A stretch of 62,136 bases of DNA from a virus (lineage: Duplodnaviria; Caudoviricetes). The stretch covers positions 1 to 62,136 of the IMG/VR virus record IMGVR_UViG_3300036985_002914; one strand, given 5' to 3'. Under the pieces are notes generated by a model. That model ran no database searches. It saw only the letters and a program-made list of their open reading frames with translations, and was not told the origin of the DNA. A program made the translations under genes and the position numbers. Below, one piece after another: positions 30,547 through 38,419 of the stretch; the first letter of the stretch is position 1; each line of letters begins with the position of its first letter.

Positions 30547-30812
30547 CCGTTCTTCTCCTTTAGCTTGGCTTCTATGGCTTTGCCGTATTTTGTATGGCTA
30601 CTTCCTGCTTCTAAATATGTTTTTAGCCTTTCCTCATCAGTCAGCCCAACCCATTCTTTCTGAACCACACTTAAAAGATATTCAATGCACTCCGCCGCAT
30701 GTTCTGCTCGGTTTGCGCGTGTCTTATCTCTAAGTTGCTCGGCATATGATTTGCAGTATTCAACACCCCAGTTCGGGTACATACCAAACGTGGTCATTTC
30801 TGGATCGCTCAT
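30543..30812 (-). CDS. Modular-array protein
   Basis: Ends EWVGLTDEE...AIEAKLKEKNG. Confidence 0.8.
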   Translation of the reverse strand: MSDPEMTTFGMYPNWGVEYCKSYAEQLRDKTRANRAEHAAECIEYLLSVVQKEWVGLTDEERLKTYLEAGSSHTKYGKAIEAKLKEKNG

Positions 30813-31009
30813 GTCGGCTTCCTTTCCCCTGTTTCAAACGCCTCTCTATTGTCTGCGCTGTTGTGCGTAACTAAGTTCAACTCCTCGTCAACTCGCGGGT
30901 TACACCAGCACGTTGCGTCTTCCACATGCTCTCGAAGATCATTCAATGGCACTACATGAGTCGAAGCCCCGTTCTTCTGCATTATGTTTGTCCATACTTG
31001 CCATGTCAT
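30809..31009 (-). CDS. Small His/Cys protein (PLNDLREH...CWC family), copy 1
   Basis: Start MTWQV at ATGA overlap; paralog of 31597-31758. Confidence 0.75.
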   Translation of the reverse strand: MTWQVWTNIMQKNGASTHVVPLNDLREHVEDATCWCNPRVDEELNLVTHNSADNREAFETGERKPT

Positions 31010-31329
31010 GTGTTCTTCTCCTTTAGCTTTGCTTCTGCTTGAATAATTGCCCACCGAATATCCGGTGATGTGTCCTCGATCTCCATTGCCTCAGCGTCAG
31101 TCAGTCCTACCCATTCTTTCTCAGGCTGCGCTAGTCGGGCGCGAATGGCTTCATATGTTGGAATTGCCATTCCTGTGTAAGCATTAAAGGCAGAATCCCA
31201 TAACTTTTGTTTGTGGGGAGTTTCTGGCCTTGCTCCTCTTTCCGCCAACTCATCCCTACAAGCAATAAGTTCCTTAGTTAATGTATTCAACGCGTCCAGC
31301 GCCATCTGCATCACTTCTTTGTCAGTCAT
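31006..31329 (-). CDS. Modular-array protein
   Basis: MTDKEVMQMALDAL...RARLAQPEKEWVGLT...AEAKLKEKNT. Confidence 0.8.
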   Translation of the reverse strand: MTDKEVMQMALDALNTLTKELIACRDELAERGARPETPHKQKLWDSAFNAYTGMAIPTYEAIRARLAQPEKEWVGLTDAEAMEIEDTSPDIRWAIIQAEAKLKEKNT

Positions 31330-31354
31330 GTGTTCTTCTCCTTTAGCTTGGTTT

Positions 31355-31600
31355 CTATGGCTCGGGTATATCTCCAACTTCAAAATGTTCAGCAATAAAT
31401 TTTCTAACAGTAATTGCACCCGATGCCTCAACATCACAATCATGAGTCACAAAACTCATCTCCGTAACCTCACACATACGCATACATTCCAGCACAATCA
31501 ACTCGGCGAACCGTTCAATAAACTTTGTCTGCTCTTCCCAAGAATCACCTCGAGTTGTTTCAGCAGCTTGCGCCCAAAGTTCTTTAATTCGTTCATTCAT
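31355..31600 (-). CDS. Small hypothetical protein (ERFAELIV family)
   Basis: MNERIKEL...IERFAELIVLEC; ATGA overlap. Confidence 0.75.
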   Translation of the reverse strand: MNERIKELWAQAAETTRGDSWEEQTKFIERFAELIVLECMRMCEVTEMSFVTHDCDVEASGAITVRKFIAEHFEVGDIPEP

Positions 31601-31758
31601 GTCGGCTTCCTTCCTTCTTCGTATTCTTCGCGCCCATCCATGCTTCTATGTACGTACAAGTCATACTCCTCGTCGTACTCCGGTCTGCACCAGCAAAATG
31701 CACCTTTATCAGTTTCATGTTCGCGCAAATCGTTTAGCGGGTAAGTGTGCATTGTCAT
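31597..31758 (-). CDS. Small His/Cys protein (PLNDLREH...CWC family), copy 2, 53 aa
   Basis: Not in ORF track; MTMHTYPLNDLREHETDKGAFCWCRPEY...GRKPT. Confidence 0.75.
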   Translation of the reverse strand: MTMHTYPLNDLREHETDKGAFCWCRPEYDEEYDLYVHRSMDGREEYEEGRKPT

Positions 31759-32276
31759 GTGTTCTTCTCCTTTAGCTTGGCTTCGATGTCGTCATAAAAT
31801 TCTCTTGCAGATAACGCGCCGTGAAAATGAAACTCTGCTATCTCTGCAAGTTCTTCACGCGTCAGCCCAACCCATTCGCGCTGCGGTGGAACGGTGTAGA
31901 GACTTCTAACTTGATATTCCCAATCGTGCAACACAGGGGTTTTTATATAGTCATTTGCTACAGGCTCAGTGCAAAATTTCCATTCCCCCCACTTTGGCTC
32001 TGTATCCCAATTAGGTCTGCCCCTTACTTGATATAACACCGGCTTTATCTCCCCGAAAGCGGTTTCGGGAACATCAGGCTGCGTCTTAGGACACTGCTTA
32101 CAATACCCGCCAATACCACACTGCCCACCGTCACATTGCGCTGGTTCTGGCTGCGCTAGTCTGGCGCGTAGTGCTTTAATAAGCGGGACTTGCCATCTCA
32201 TCCCATGATTGCCTTTATCAAAGTTATTAAGCGCATCCAGCGCATCTTGCATTAGTTCTCTGTCGTTATTCATCAA
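31755..32276 (-). CDS. Modular-array protein (longest member)
   Basis: All four shared modules plus Cys-rich and Trp-rich inserts. Confidence 0.8.
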   Translation of the reverse strand: MMNNDRELMQDALDALNNFDKGNHGMRWQVPLIKALRARLAQPEPAQCDGGQCGIGGYCKQCPKTQPDVPETAFGEIKPVLYQVRGRPNWDTEPKWGEWKFCTEPVANDYIKTPVLHDWEYQVRSLYTVPPQREWVGLTREELAEIAEFHFHGALSAREFYDDIEAKLKEKNT

Positions 32277-32407
32277 TGCACCTCAAACCATTTAGTAGGT
32301 TTGTTTTCCACCCAAAACGGGTTTACGCGAAACGTAACCCACGGACGATCAGGCCCAATTTGTAAATGCCGCGCACCAAAGCGCCAATTAATCCACAGGT
32401 TGCTCAT
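32273..32407 (-). CDS. Small Trp-rich protein, 44 aa
   Basis: MSNLWINWRFGARHLQIGPDRPWVTFRVNPFWVENKPTKWFEVH; SD GGAGG. Confidence 0.6.
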   Translation of the reverse strand: MSNLWINWRFGARHLQIGPDRPWVTFRVNPFWVENKPTKWFEVH

Positions 32408-32432
32408 TCTTTCCCCTCCGATTGGTTGTTAT

Positions 32433-32669
32433 TCATACCTGCCCCCTTGCGCGGATGGCTCTTGCGCATGCTCTGCTATATACAGCTTCCGGTGAAAAGT
32501 CATGCAGGAACGTCCCATTTTCACAAACCTTCGCACACGCCTCACGCTCTAAACCCGATATTAATGTCGCAAATATCTCAAGTCCTCGCCATTGGTTTTC
32601 AGTTGCGCCGCCGTTAGGCATTACCAGACCAGCTAAATGCGCCATCTGTACTATGTCATCTCGTGTCAT
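32433..32669 (-). CDS. Small hypothetical protein (EREACAKVCE family)
   Basis: MTRDDI...EREACAKVCE...CARAIRARG. Confidence 0.75.
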   Translation of the reverse strand: MTRDDIVQMAHLAGLVMPNGGATENQWRGLEIFATLISGLEREACAKVCENGTFLHDFSPEAVYSRACARAIRARGQV

Positions 32670-32860
32670 TTCTTCACCCTCACTAACGTCGCAGCCATCA
32701 GCCAGCCTTCTTCAGATAACATCTTGGCGCTGTGCTCACGGGTGGCCTCCGCTACTAACTCGGCAAAGCGTTCAAGTTCTTTGACTGTTTCATCCAATTC
32801 TGCTGGACTCCACCCATTCGCCTTTTTGTACATACTAATAATGTCTTCTTGTGTCATCAC
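32666..32860 (-). CDS. Small hypothetical protein
   Basis: MTQEDII...LERFAELV; related to neighbouring genes. Confidence 0.7.
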   Translation of the reverse strand: MMTQEDIISMYKKANGWSPAELDETVKELERFAELVAEATREHSAKMLSEEGWLMAATLVRVKK

Positions 32861-33084
32861 TTACCTCCACACATGTGCTTCTTCGCGGCCTTCAAATCGG
32901 CGTTAAAGAACCACGCCACGCATTTATTCTCCATCTCCGTTACAGAGATTGGGATAGGCTTCGGTACCTCCAAGCGCACCTCATTGCGCCCCTGCTCCTC
33001 ACCTACAAAGAAACCAAACGCACAGCCAAAGAAAATACCCATCAGCAATACCAACTCCCGTAACCCATGCATGCGATTCGTCAT
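32857..33084 (-). CDS. Small membrane protein
   Basis: N-terminal TM segment; overlap chain. Confidence 0.65.
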   Translation of the reverse strand: MTNRMHGLRELVLLMGIFFGCAFGFFVGEEQGRNEVRLEVPKPIPISVTEMENKCVAWFFNADLKAAKKHMCGGK

Positions 33085-33329
33085 TTGGCTAACTCCCTTA
33101 TCTTGGCAACCGGTATGTTGGTCTGTTCATGGATCGCTAAAATCAAAGCAGGGGTGATCCGCATCGCCCCATTACGCACCCGACTAATCAACGGGGTCCG
33201 CGCACCGAGGATATGGGCTAACTCCGCATCCGTCTTTAAGCTGTACATCTCCCGCAGGTAATCAAAAAGCTTGTACGGTGTCTGCACCGCCCACCTACCG
33301 TTTTGGTCTTTTAACTGTTTTGCTTGCAT
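33081..33329 (-). CDS. XRE-like HTH DNA-binding protein
   Basis: LKTDAELAHILG...ISRVRNG...ILAIHE. Confidence 0.65.
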   Translation of the reverse strand: MQAKQLKDQNGRWAVQTPYKLFDYLREMYSLKTDAELAHILGARTPLISRVRNGAMRITPALILAIHEQTNIPVAKIRELAK

Positions 33330-33477
33330 TATTTCTCTCCTCTCTAATTTGCATCATCACCTCCGCCCGCCAGTACGCCTCATGCGCTAACGTCTCAGCA
33401 GGAACACCCGACGGACTACGCGCCACCAATCCTGATAACGCCATGCCCGCAAAGAAATCTAATAACGACTCATCCAT
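33295..33477 (-). CDS. Small hypothetical protein
   Basis: LLDFFAGMALSGL...AHEAYWRAEVMM. Confidence 0.65.
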   Translation of the reverse strand: MDESLLDFFAGMALSGLVARSPSGVPAETLAHEAYWRAEVMMQIREERNNASKTVKRPKR

Positions 33478-33646
33478 TCTTATTCCCCAGCCGGTATACA
33501 CTGTCCGCGGCCCGACAAGCAGGGCACACGGTCACCGGATCAAGGAATACCATCGGATCACAACCCATCTCCACCTCGTCAGAATCTCCCACCCAACCGC
33601 AATCAGAACATTGCGATAACTCAATCTCTTCCGTCTCTATACTCAT
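33470..33646 (-). CDS. Small zinc-ribbon protein, 58 aa
   Basis: Not in ORF track; CSDCGW...CPAC. Confidence 0.65.
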   Translation of the reverse strand: MSIETEEIELSQCSDCGWVGDSDEVEMGCDPMVFLDPVTVCPACRAADSVYRLGNKNG

Positions 33647-33912
33647 GACTTCTTCCCCTTGTTTGTCTGCCCTAGGCCCGCTATCAGGAACTCAATACGA
33701 GATATCTCCCACCCCGTAAAATGATGCACCTTCAAAATAACGTCCCCACTGATCATGCTGCGCCGATTGCGCGTCTTGGATATCGAAGAAGGCATCATCC
33801 CCAACGCCTTGGCTAACTCCCTATCATTTCGGATAACCTCAGGAAGGGTCAGCAAAACCGAATCCCACAAGGGATGCGGTACCACTACCTTCTTGCCCTG
33901 ACCTTTTTTCAT
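33643..33912 (-). CDS. XRE-like HTH protein (paralog of 33081-33329)
   Basis: RNDRELAKALG...ISKTRN...ILKVHHFTG. Confidence 0.6.
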   Translation of the reverse strand: MKKGQGKKVVVPHPLWDSVLLTLPEVIRNDRELAKALGMMPSSISKTRNRRSMISGDVILKVHHFTGWEISRIEFLIAGLGQTNKGKKS

Positions 33913-34022
33913 AACCGCCCCATTACCGTTTCTACTACAAAGAAAATAGCCAGAAAGATACTGACCACGCCAATCACCGCCCATGCTATGGCAGCTAAGA
34001 AATCATCCATCATCACAGCCCC

Positions 34023-34205
34023 CTAAATCCGCAACATTAGTCCAAACACCTTAGACAGGAACGAATCCTTCTCCACCCTATGGCCAAGGTGAATGTCCTG
34101 TACCCACTTCTCCTCAGGCGTGGTCCGCGGCACGCGGTACTGCGGGAGATAAAACACACCAATCTTTGGCGGCTCTTCCTTCACGAACTTACCATTTATC
34201 AACAT
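34023..34205 (-). CDS. Small hypothetical protein
   Basis: SD AAGGA upstream; 60 aa. Confidence 0.6.
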   Translation of the reverse strand: MLINGKFVKEEPPKIGVFYLPQYRVPRTTPEEKWVQDIHLGHRVEKDSFLSKVFGLMLRI

Positions 34206-34241
34206 AGCAATCCTTTCTTAAAAAAAGTGAGTTAACGAGCG

Positions 34242-34505
34242 TTAATGTATCTCGTCACCCTCGTTTGGCAAAAAGTCCTCAATCGCCAACGCATGATCCA
34301 CCAAATGCTCCAGAAACTGCTGGAACGGAATACCCATCGCACATACCAGCCCCAGCAACACAGAAGTCAAGATAGGCAGATTACTGTCAGGAGAATGCCC
34401 CTCCTTCTCCAAAAAGTTGATCAAAGCCACACAACGCGCTTCCATCGCCTCCAACTCAGCTTCCTCCATGTCAGCAAGCCGAAAACCCTTTAAACCTTTA
34501 GCCAT
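34242..34505 (-). CDS. Hypothetical protein
   Basis: 87-aa ORF overlapping upstream gene. Confidence 0.6.
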   Translation of the reverse strand: MAKGLKGFRLADMEEAELEAMEARCVALINFLEKEGHSPDSNLPILTSVLLGLVCAMGIPFQQFLEHLVDHALAIEDFLPNEGDEIH

Positions 34506-34764
34506 TACGCATCCTCTCGATCAATACATCCTCCAATAAACCCATCTCGTCAGCACTTACCTTCTTCATTAACCACGAAGCAGGGTTCCCACGACGATCC
34601 AATAACTCCCACTCTACCTCCACAAAGCCGCGGTAATCCATGTCCGAGTCTCGCGAGGAATAGTCAGGAGAACGCTCGAAGTAATGGGTGACACCGAGTA
34701 AACAAGGGAGGCCCGCGGCCCGGGCTTCGATTTCGGCAAGATATGCCTTCTTTATTTGCCCCAT
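34498..34764 (-). CDS. Hypothetical protein
   Basis: SD GGAG; EWELLDRRGNPASWL motif. Confidence 0.65.
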   Translation of the reverse strand: MGQIKKAYLAEIEARAAGLPCLLGVTHYFERSPDYSSRDSDMDYRGFVEVEWELLDRRGNPASWLMKKVSADEMGLLEDVLIERMRNG

Positions 34765-34983
34765 AAGTTACTCCAATGTGGCTGTAATGTGTAGACTGTG
34801 ATCATTGATTTTTCTCGCTTTCGTCGTCGTTAGTTGGTCTTGTTTGCTTATGTGTATAGCGAAATACCTGTGAAACAGTTAAAGGATAGGGTGCCGCAAG
34901 GAAAAAGTCAAGAAATGAGGGGAGGGTCGGCTTATACAGAAAAGTTATAGAAAGCTGAGATGTTATGCAAAATAGGGGTTTTG

Positions 34984-35205
34984 TATAGGATATTTTGGGG
35001 TCATGTATGAAAAAATATTTTTTTTTGTGAAAATAGACGTAATGAACGTAATGCCGTAATAAGCAAGAGCTGGTGCGGGTTTTGAGGCTTACGGGAGCAT
35101 CACGTATCTAAAATGGAAACGTAAGAAAATGAAATACTCTGGGAGGTCCCAGCACTTACTTTTTTCTTTTTTAGAAACATATGATGACCCCCCCCCCTAT
35201 ATAGG
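34984..35205. other. Candidate replication origin / control region
   Basis: Non-coding divergent gap with CGTAA repeats in both orientations, A/T tracts and flanking ggggtcat/atgacccc inverted repeat. Confidence 0.45.
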
Positions 35206-35254
35206 ATTGGGCCTTTCTGTTTTGGCAATTGTTGGAAAAGGGGGTGCTGTTCTC

Positions 35255-35283
35255 TTGACATACGGGTTAACGCTATGTAAAGT
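35255..35283 (+). promoter_or_regulatory. Sigma70-like promoter
   Basis: TTGACA - 17 bp - TAAAGT. Confidence 0.5.
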
Positions 35284-35321
35284 CCAGTATCGATAGATTA
35301 TCTGTTATAGGGGTTTTAATT

Positions 35322-35534
35322 GTGCAAATAGACCGGAATATTGAGGTTCCTGAAAGCCGCGCTCGTTATCCATTTGCGGAGATGGAAGAAGGCGATAGCA
35401 TCCTGTTCGAGAGCCAGCGCAGAGCTTTGTCCGCTCGCGTTGCTGCTGTTCGGTTTTGCCAGCGGTATCACCCGCAGTGGACGTTCTCTGTTCGGAAGGT
35501 GCAGAACGGCTGGCGGCTTTGGAGAATCAAGTAA
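35322..35534 (+). CDS. Small putative DNA-binding protein
   Basis: IDRNIEVP...YPFAEMEEGDS...WRLWRI. Confidence 0.65.
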   Translation: MQIDRNIEVPESRARYPFAEMEEGDSILFESQRRALSARVAAVRFCQRYHPQWTFSVRKVQNGWRLWRIK

Positions 35535-36193
35535 TGGCTAAGAAGGATGTCTGGAACGTCCCTCCTGTTATTCAACAAAAGTCTGCCAACCGCATGGCGG
35601 GCAAAGTCAACTCGTTGAAGTCCCAAAAGACCGTAAATCCCAAACAATGGCGCTTTGTTCAGGAGTACGTAGCAGGCGACGGTAGGGTAACCCTCAAGGA
35701 AGCCGCTATAAGGGCTGGATACACCCCTACAAGCGCGTCAGTGATGGCGTGGCAGCTAACCAACCCAGATATCAATCCGCACGTCGTAGCGGCCATTCAG
35801 GAGTACCGCGCAGAGCTTGCATCGAAGTACAACACGTCCTACGAGCGGCACATGAAAGATTTGCAGCTAATTCGGGATAAAGCGCTCGAGGCTGGAGCGT
35901 TTGCTGCCGCTGTGCAAGCGGAGTATCGCCGCGGGCAGGCTTTGGGCACGATCTACGTAGAACGCAAGGAAATCAGGCATGGCACTATCGACTCCATGAG
36001 CAAAGAGGAAGTTCAACGCAAGCTTGACGAGTTAAAGCGGTTATATGGGGGCCCTCCGCCTACTGCGATTATTGATATCACGCCAAAAACCATAAATGAG
36101 AGCGTAGAGCGGGAAAAAGACCCTGCTTTTGTTTCCCCTGTAGAAGAGCCTGCCCTCGACATGTTCGAGATTGACCCTGACGATGGCGCGTAA
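35534..36193 (+). CDS. terS: Terminase small subunit
   Basis: KQWRFVQEY...KEAAIRAGY HTH typical of TerS; ATG at TAATG overlap. Confidence 0.8.
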   Translation: MAKKDVWNVPPVIQQKSANRMAGKVNSLKSQKTVNPKQWRFVQEYVAGDGRVTLKEAAIRAGYTPTSASVMAWQLTNPDINPHVVAAIQEYRAELASKYNTSYERHMKDLQLIRDKALEAGAFAAAVQAEYRRGQALGTIYVERKEIRHGTIDSMSKEEVQRKLDELKRLYGGPPPTAIIDITPKTINESVEREKDPAFVSPVEEPALDMFEIDPDDGA

Positions 36194-36605
36194 GCCGGAA
36201 GCGGTTTTCTCTGACTATATCCGTCAGCACTTGCCGGACGTGGATATATCTCGCGTTGAATCGGTCGCTAATCTTGGTTTCCCTGATATGGTCATCGCGG
36301 ACAAGCTTACAGGGCATATTAGCTTTTTGGAAAACAAGGTCGTGCAGCGTGGTCTAAAAGTAGGCATTCGCCCGCATCAAGTTTCTTTTTTGTTTCGCCA
36401 TTGGTTTTATGGTTGCCCTGCTTATATTTTGGTTAAGCATTCCCCTATAGGTAAGCGTGTCGGAATAGTCCATCTCTATCATGGCGGGCAGGCAATGGCT
36501 TTGCTTGCGGATGGCTTGAGGGTTCCGCCCGTTGTTAGCTGGCCGAGTAATGCAGTAGATTGGCCATTGTTAAAAAGTTATCTATCGGGAATAGTCAAGC
36601 CATAG
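36183..36605 (+). CDS. VRR-NUC / Holliday-junction-resolvase-like nuclease
   Basis: PE...GFPD...FLENK...IRPHQ PD-(D/E)XK pattern. Confidence 0.75.
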   Translation: MARKPEAVFSDYIRQHLPDVDISRVESVANLGFPDMVIADKLTGHISFLENKVVQRGLKVGIRPHQVSFLFRHWFYGCPAYILVKHSPIGKRVGIVHLYHGGQAMALLADGLRVPPVVSWPSNAVDWPLLKSYLSGIVKP

Positions 36606-36648
36606 AAAAAAACAATTAGAATTTCCTGCAGTAATGTATAGAATGAGT

Positions 36649-36682
36649 GTTCCTAATAACGGAACCATAGAGGATAGAGATC
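36649..36682 (+). promoter_or_regulatory. Early leader module 1 (hairpin + AGAGGATAGAGA)
   Basis: gttcc/ggaac stem; motif at 36669-36680. Confidence 0.7.
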
Positions 36683-37396
36683 ATGAAATTCAAACAGTTA
36701 TTCAGTATTGACACCAACGCGAAAACCGTTAAGGGGCAGCAATACGGTTTTATGACGGGCATTTTGTATCTTGCCCCCTATAAACTGAGCGGTTATCAGG
36801 TTTGTTCAATGGCCGACATGGCGCAGTGTCATGAGCCCTGCCTAAACATGGCCGGACGTGGTGCGTTTAGTTCAGTGCAAAAGGCACGCATCGCGAAGAC
36901 AAAGCGATTTTTTGAAGATAGGGACGCGTTCATGTTTGACACTTTTGAATCAGTGCGGGCATTAGTACGTAAAGCGGCACGAGAAAATCTCACGCCATTG
37001 GTGCGGTTGAACGGCACGTCCGATATCCGTTGGGAAGATATTCTGTTTCAGGGCAAAACCTTGTTTGATTGGTTTCCTGATGTTCAATTCTACGATTACA
37101 CAAAAATCCCGAACCGTAAAAACATTCCTGCCAATTATGACTTGACGTTTTCCTATTCCGGCGTGGTGCAGTTTCAGCCGTACGTCAAAAAAGCACTGCA
37201 GAATAAAGAGCGAATCGCAGTAGTGTTTAGAGATCGCAAGACAATCCCGAAGACATTCGCAGGGTTAAACTGTGTTGACGGTGACGATTCTGATTTGCGA
37301 CACCTCGACGCTAAAAACGTGATTGTTGCGTTATATGCAAAGGGGCGGGCAAAAAAAGACAAAAGCGGCTTTGTTGTTGATTCGGTGGGGGCGTGA
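36683..37396 (+). CDS. GP88-like (radical-SAM-related Fe-S) protein
   Basis: CSMADMAQCHEPCLN, RLNGTSD, FYDYTK, GDDSDLR, LYAKG. Confidence 0.65.
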   Translation: MKFKQLFSIDTNAKTVKGQQYGFMTGILYLAPYKLSGYQVCSMADMAQCHEPCLNMAGRGAFSSVQKARIAKTKRFFEDRDAFMFDTFESVRALVRKAARENLTPLVRLNGTSDIRWEDILFQGKTLFDWFPDVQFYDYTKIPNRKNIPANYDLTFSYSGVVQFQPYVKKALQNKERIAVVFRDRKTIPKTFAGLNCVDGDDSDLRHLDAKNVIVALYAKGRAKKDKSGFVVDSVGA

Positions 37397-37490
37397 CATG
37401 TTCCTATTTGCTTTGGCATTGATTTTTATTCTGTGGTGGCTTTGCGACGTGTTCGATCGACGTTGACAATCGTTGATCAGATATTGATTG

Positions 37491-37577
37491 AAACAATCAA
37501 TTGGCTATTGTGCTGAACAATGCGGTATTGTTTAGTCATTCGCTGATTGGCAGCGAACACTAGAGAGGATAGAGAGC
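37491..37577 (+). promoter_or_regulatory. Early leader module 2
   Basis: aaacaatcaattggc; ttcgctg/cagcgaa stem; motif at 37564-37575. Confidence 0.7.
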
Positions 37578-37775
37578 ATGAAAAAATTCAAGGTCAATCA
37601 CATTGTGACGTGTAGGGTTAACGTGTGGCGCACTATTGAAGCGCATAGCTTTGATGATGCTTTGCGTAAAGTGGCAACTATTGAGTGCATCACAGATACA
37701 AGCAATGGTGCAGATCTCGAGGTTATCTCAGATGAAACGGTTAATAAAATCACAATTTCGGAGGTGTTGCCATGA
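37578..37775 (+). CDS. Small early protein
   Basis: Follows conserved leader; IEAHSFDDA. Confidence 0.7.
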   Translation: MKKFKVNHIVTCRVNVWRTIEAHSFDDALRKVATIECITDTSNGADLEVISDETVNKITISEVLP

Positions 37776-38038
37776 AAACGAAAGAGGAAATAAAACAATA
37801 TGCGCTTGAAGTAGCGCTAGGACATTTTTTTGTTAATGTAGGCGAGGATGAATTTCCCGACGATCCGATGGCGTTATTGGCCACCGATGATACGTCGGAC
37901 GAAAGCGGGAAAGAGAAAATGTTCCCATGGGAACCATTCGAGTATTATCCCGCGAGGCGGCTATATGACGAAGTCGAAGCATTAGCCAGCGTTATTGAAC
38001 GTGCCATGCTTTGGGCGCAGGAAGGAATGCTGACATGA
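37772..38038 (+). CDS. Small acidic early protein
   Basis: SD GGAGGT; ATGA overlap. Confidence 0.7.
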   Translation: MKTKEEIKQYALEVALGHFFVNVGEDEFPDDPMALLATDDTSDESGKEKMFPWEPFEYYPARRLYDEVEALASVIERAMLWAQEGMLT

Positions 38039-38355
38039 AAACGACATTCGACGTGTATTCCGATTCCGGCCATGGTTGGATTAAGGTTCCGTTTTCGGTA
38101 TTGATTGAATTGGACATATACGAAAAAATAAGTTGTTTTTCGTATATCCGCAACAATTGCGCTTTTTTAGAGGAGGATTGCGACGCGTCAACATTGATTG
38201 GTGCGTTAAAGTCTCGCGGCATTATTCCGAAATTTAAAGAGCACACAGCGATGGAGCGCAGGAGCAAAATAAGGAATTATTTTTGTTTTCATCCGGCGGT
38301 AGTGCGAAACTATATAAGCGGGCAAGGCGATAAAAACAATCAATTGGCGGCATGA
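38035..38355 (+). CDS. Early protein (GHGW...LEEDCD family)
   Basis: DSGHGWIKV, ISCFSY, FLEEDCD. Confidence 0.7.
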   Translation: MKTTFDVYSDSGHGWIKVPFSVLIELDIYEKISCFSYIRNNCAFLEEDCDASTLIGALKSRGIIPKFKEHTAMERRSKIRNYFCFHPAVVRNYISGQGDKNNQLAA

Positions 38356-38419
38356 CTTACATTAGACTATTATTCAGTTATCCGCTGACGGCAGCGGAAT
38401 TTCAGAGAGGATAGAGAGC
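38334..38419 (+). promoter_or_regulatory. Early leader module 3
   Basis: aaacaatcaattggc; TATTAT; tccgctg/cagcgga stem; motif at 38406-38417. Confidence 0.7.

Larger units (their letters stand above)
29900..32273 (-). repeat. Dispersed repeat modules across the small-gene array
   Basis: tcat(cc/gt)gttcttctcctttagctt near 30223, 30543, 31006, 31326, 31755 (variant at 29900); gtcag(c/t)cc(a/t)acccattc five times; ggctgcgctagtc three times. Confidence 0.9.

Noticed and set aside
29900-32273. CRISPR array or integron attC array
   Set aside because: Repeats are coding, non-palindromic and irregularly spaced at hundreds of bp; no cas or integrase gene
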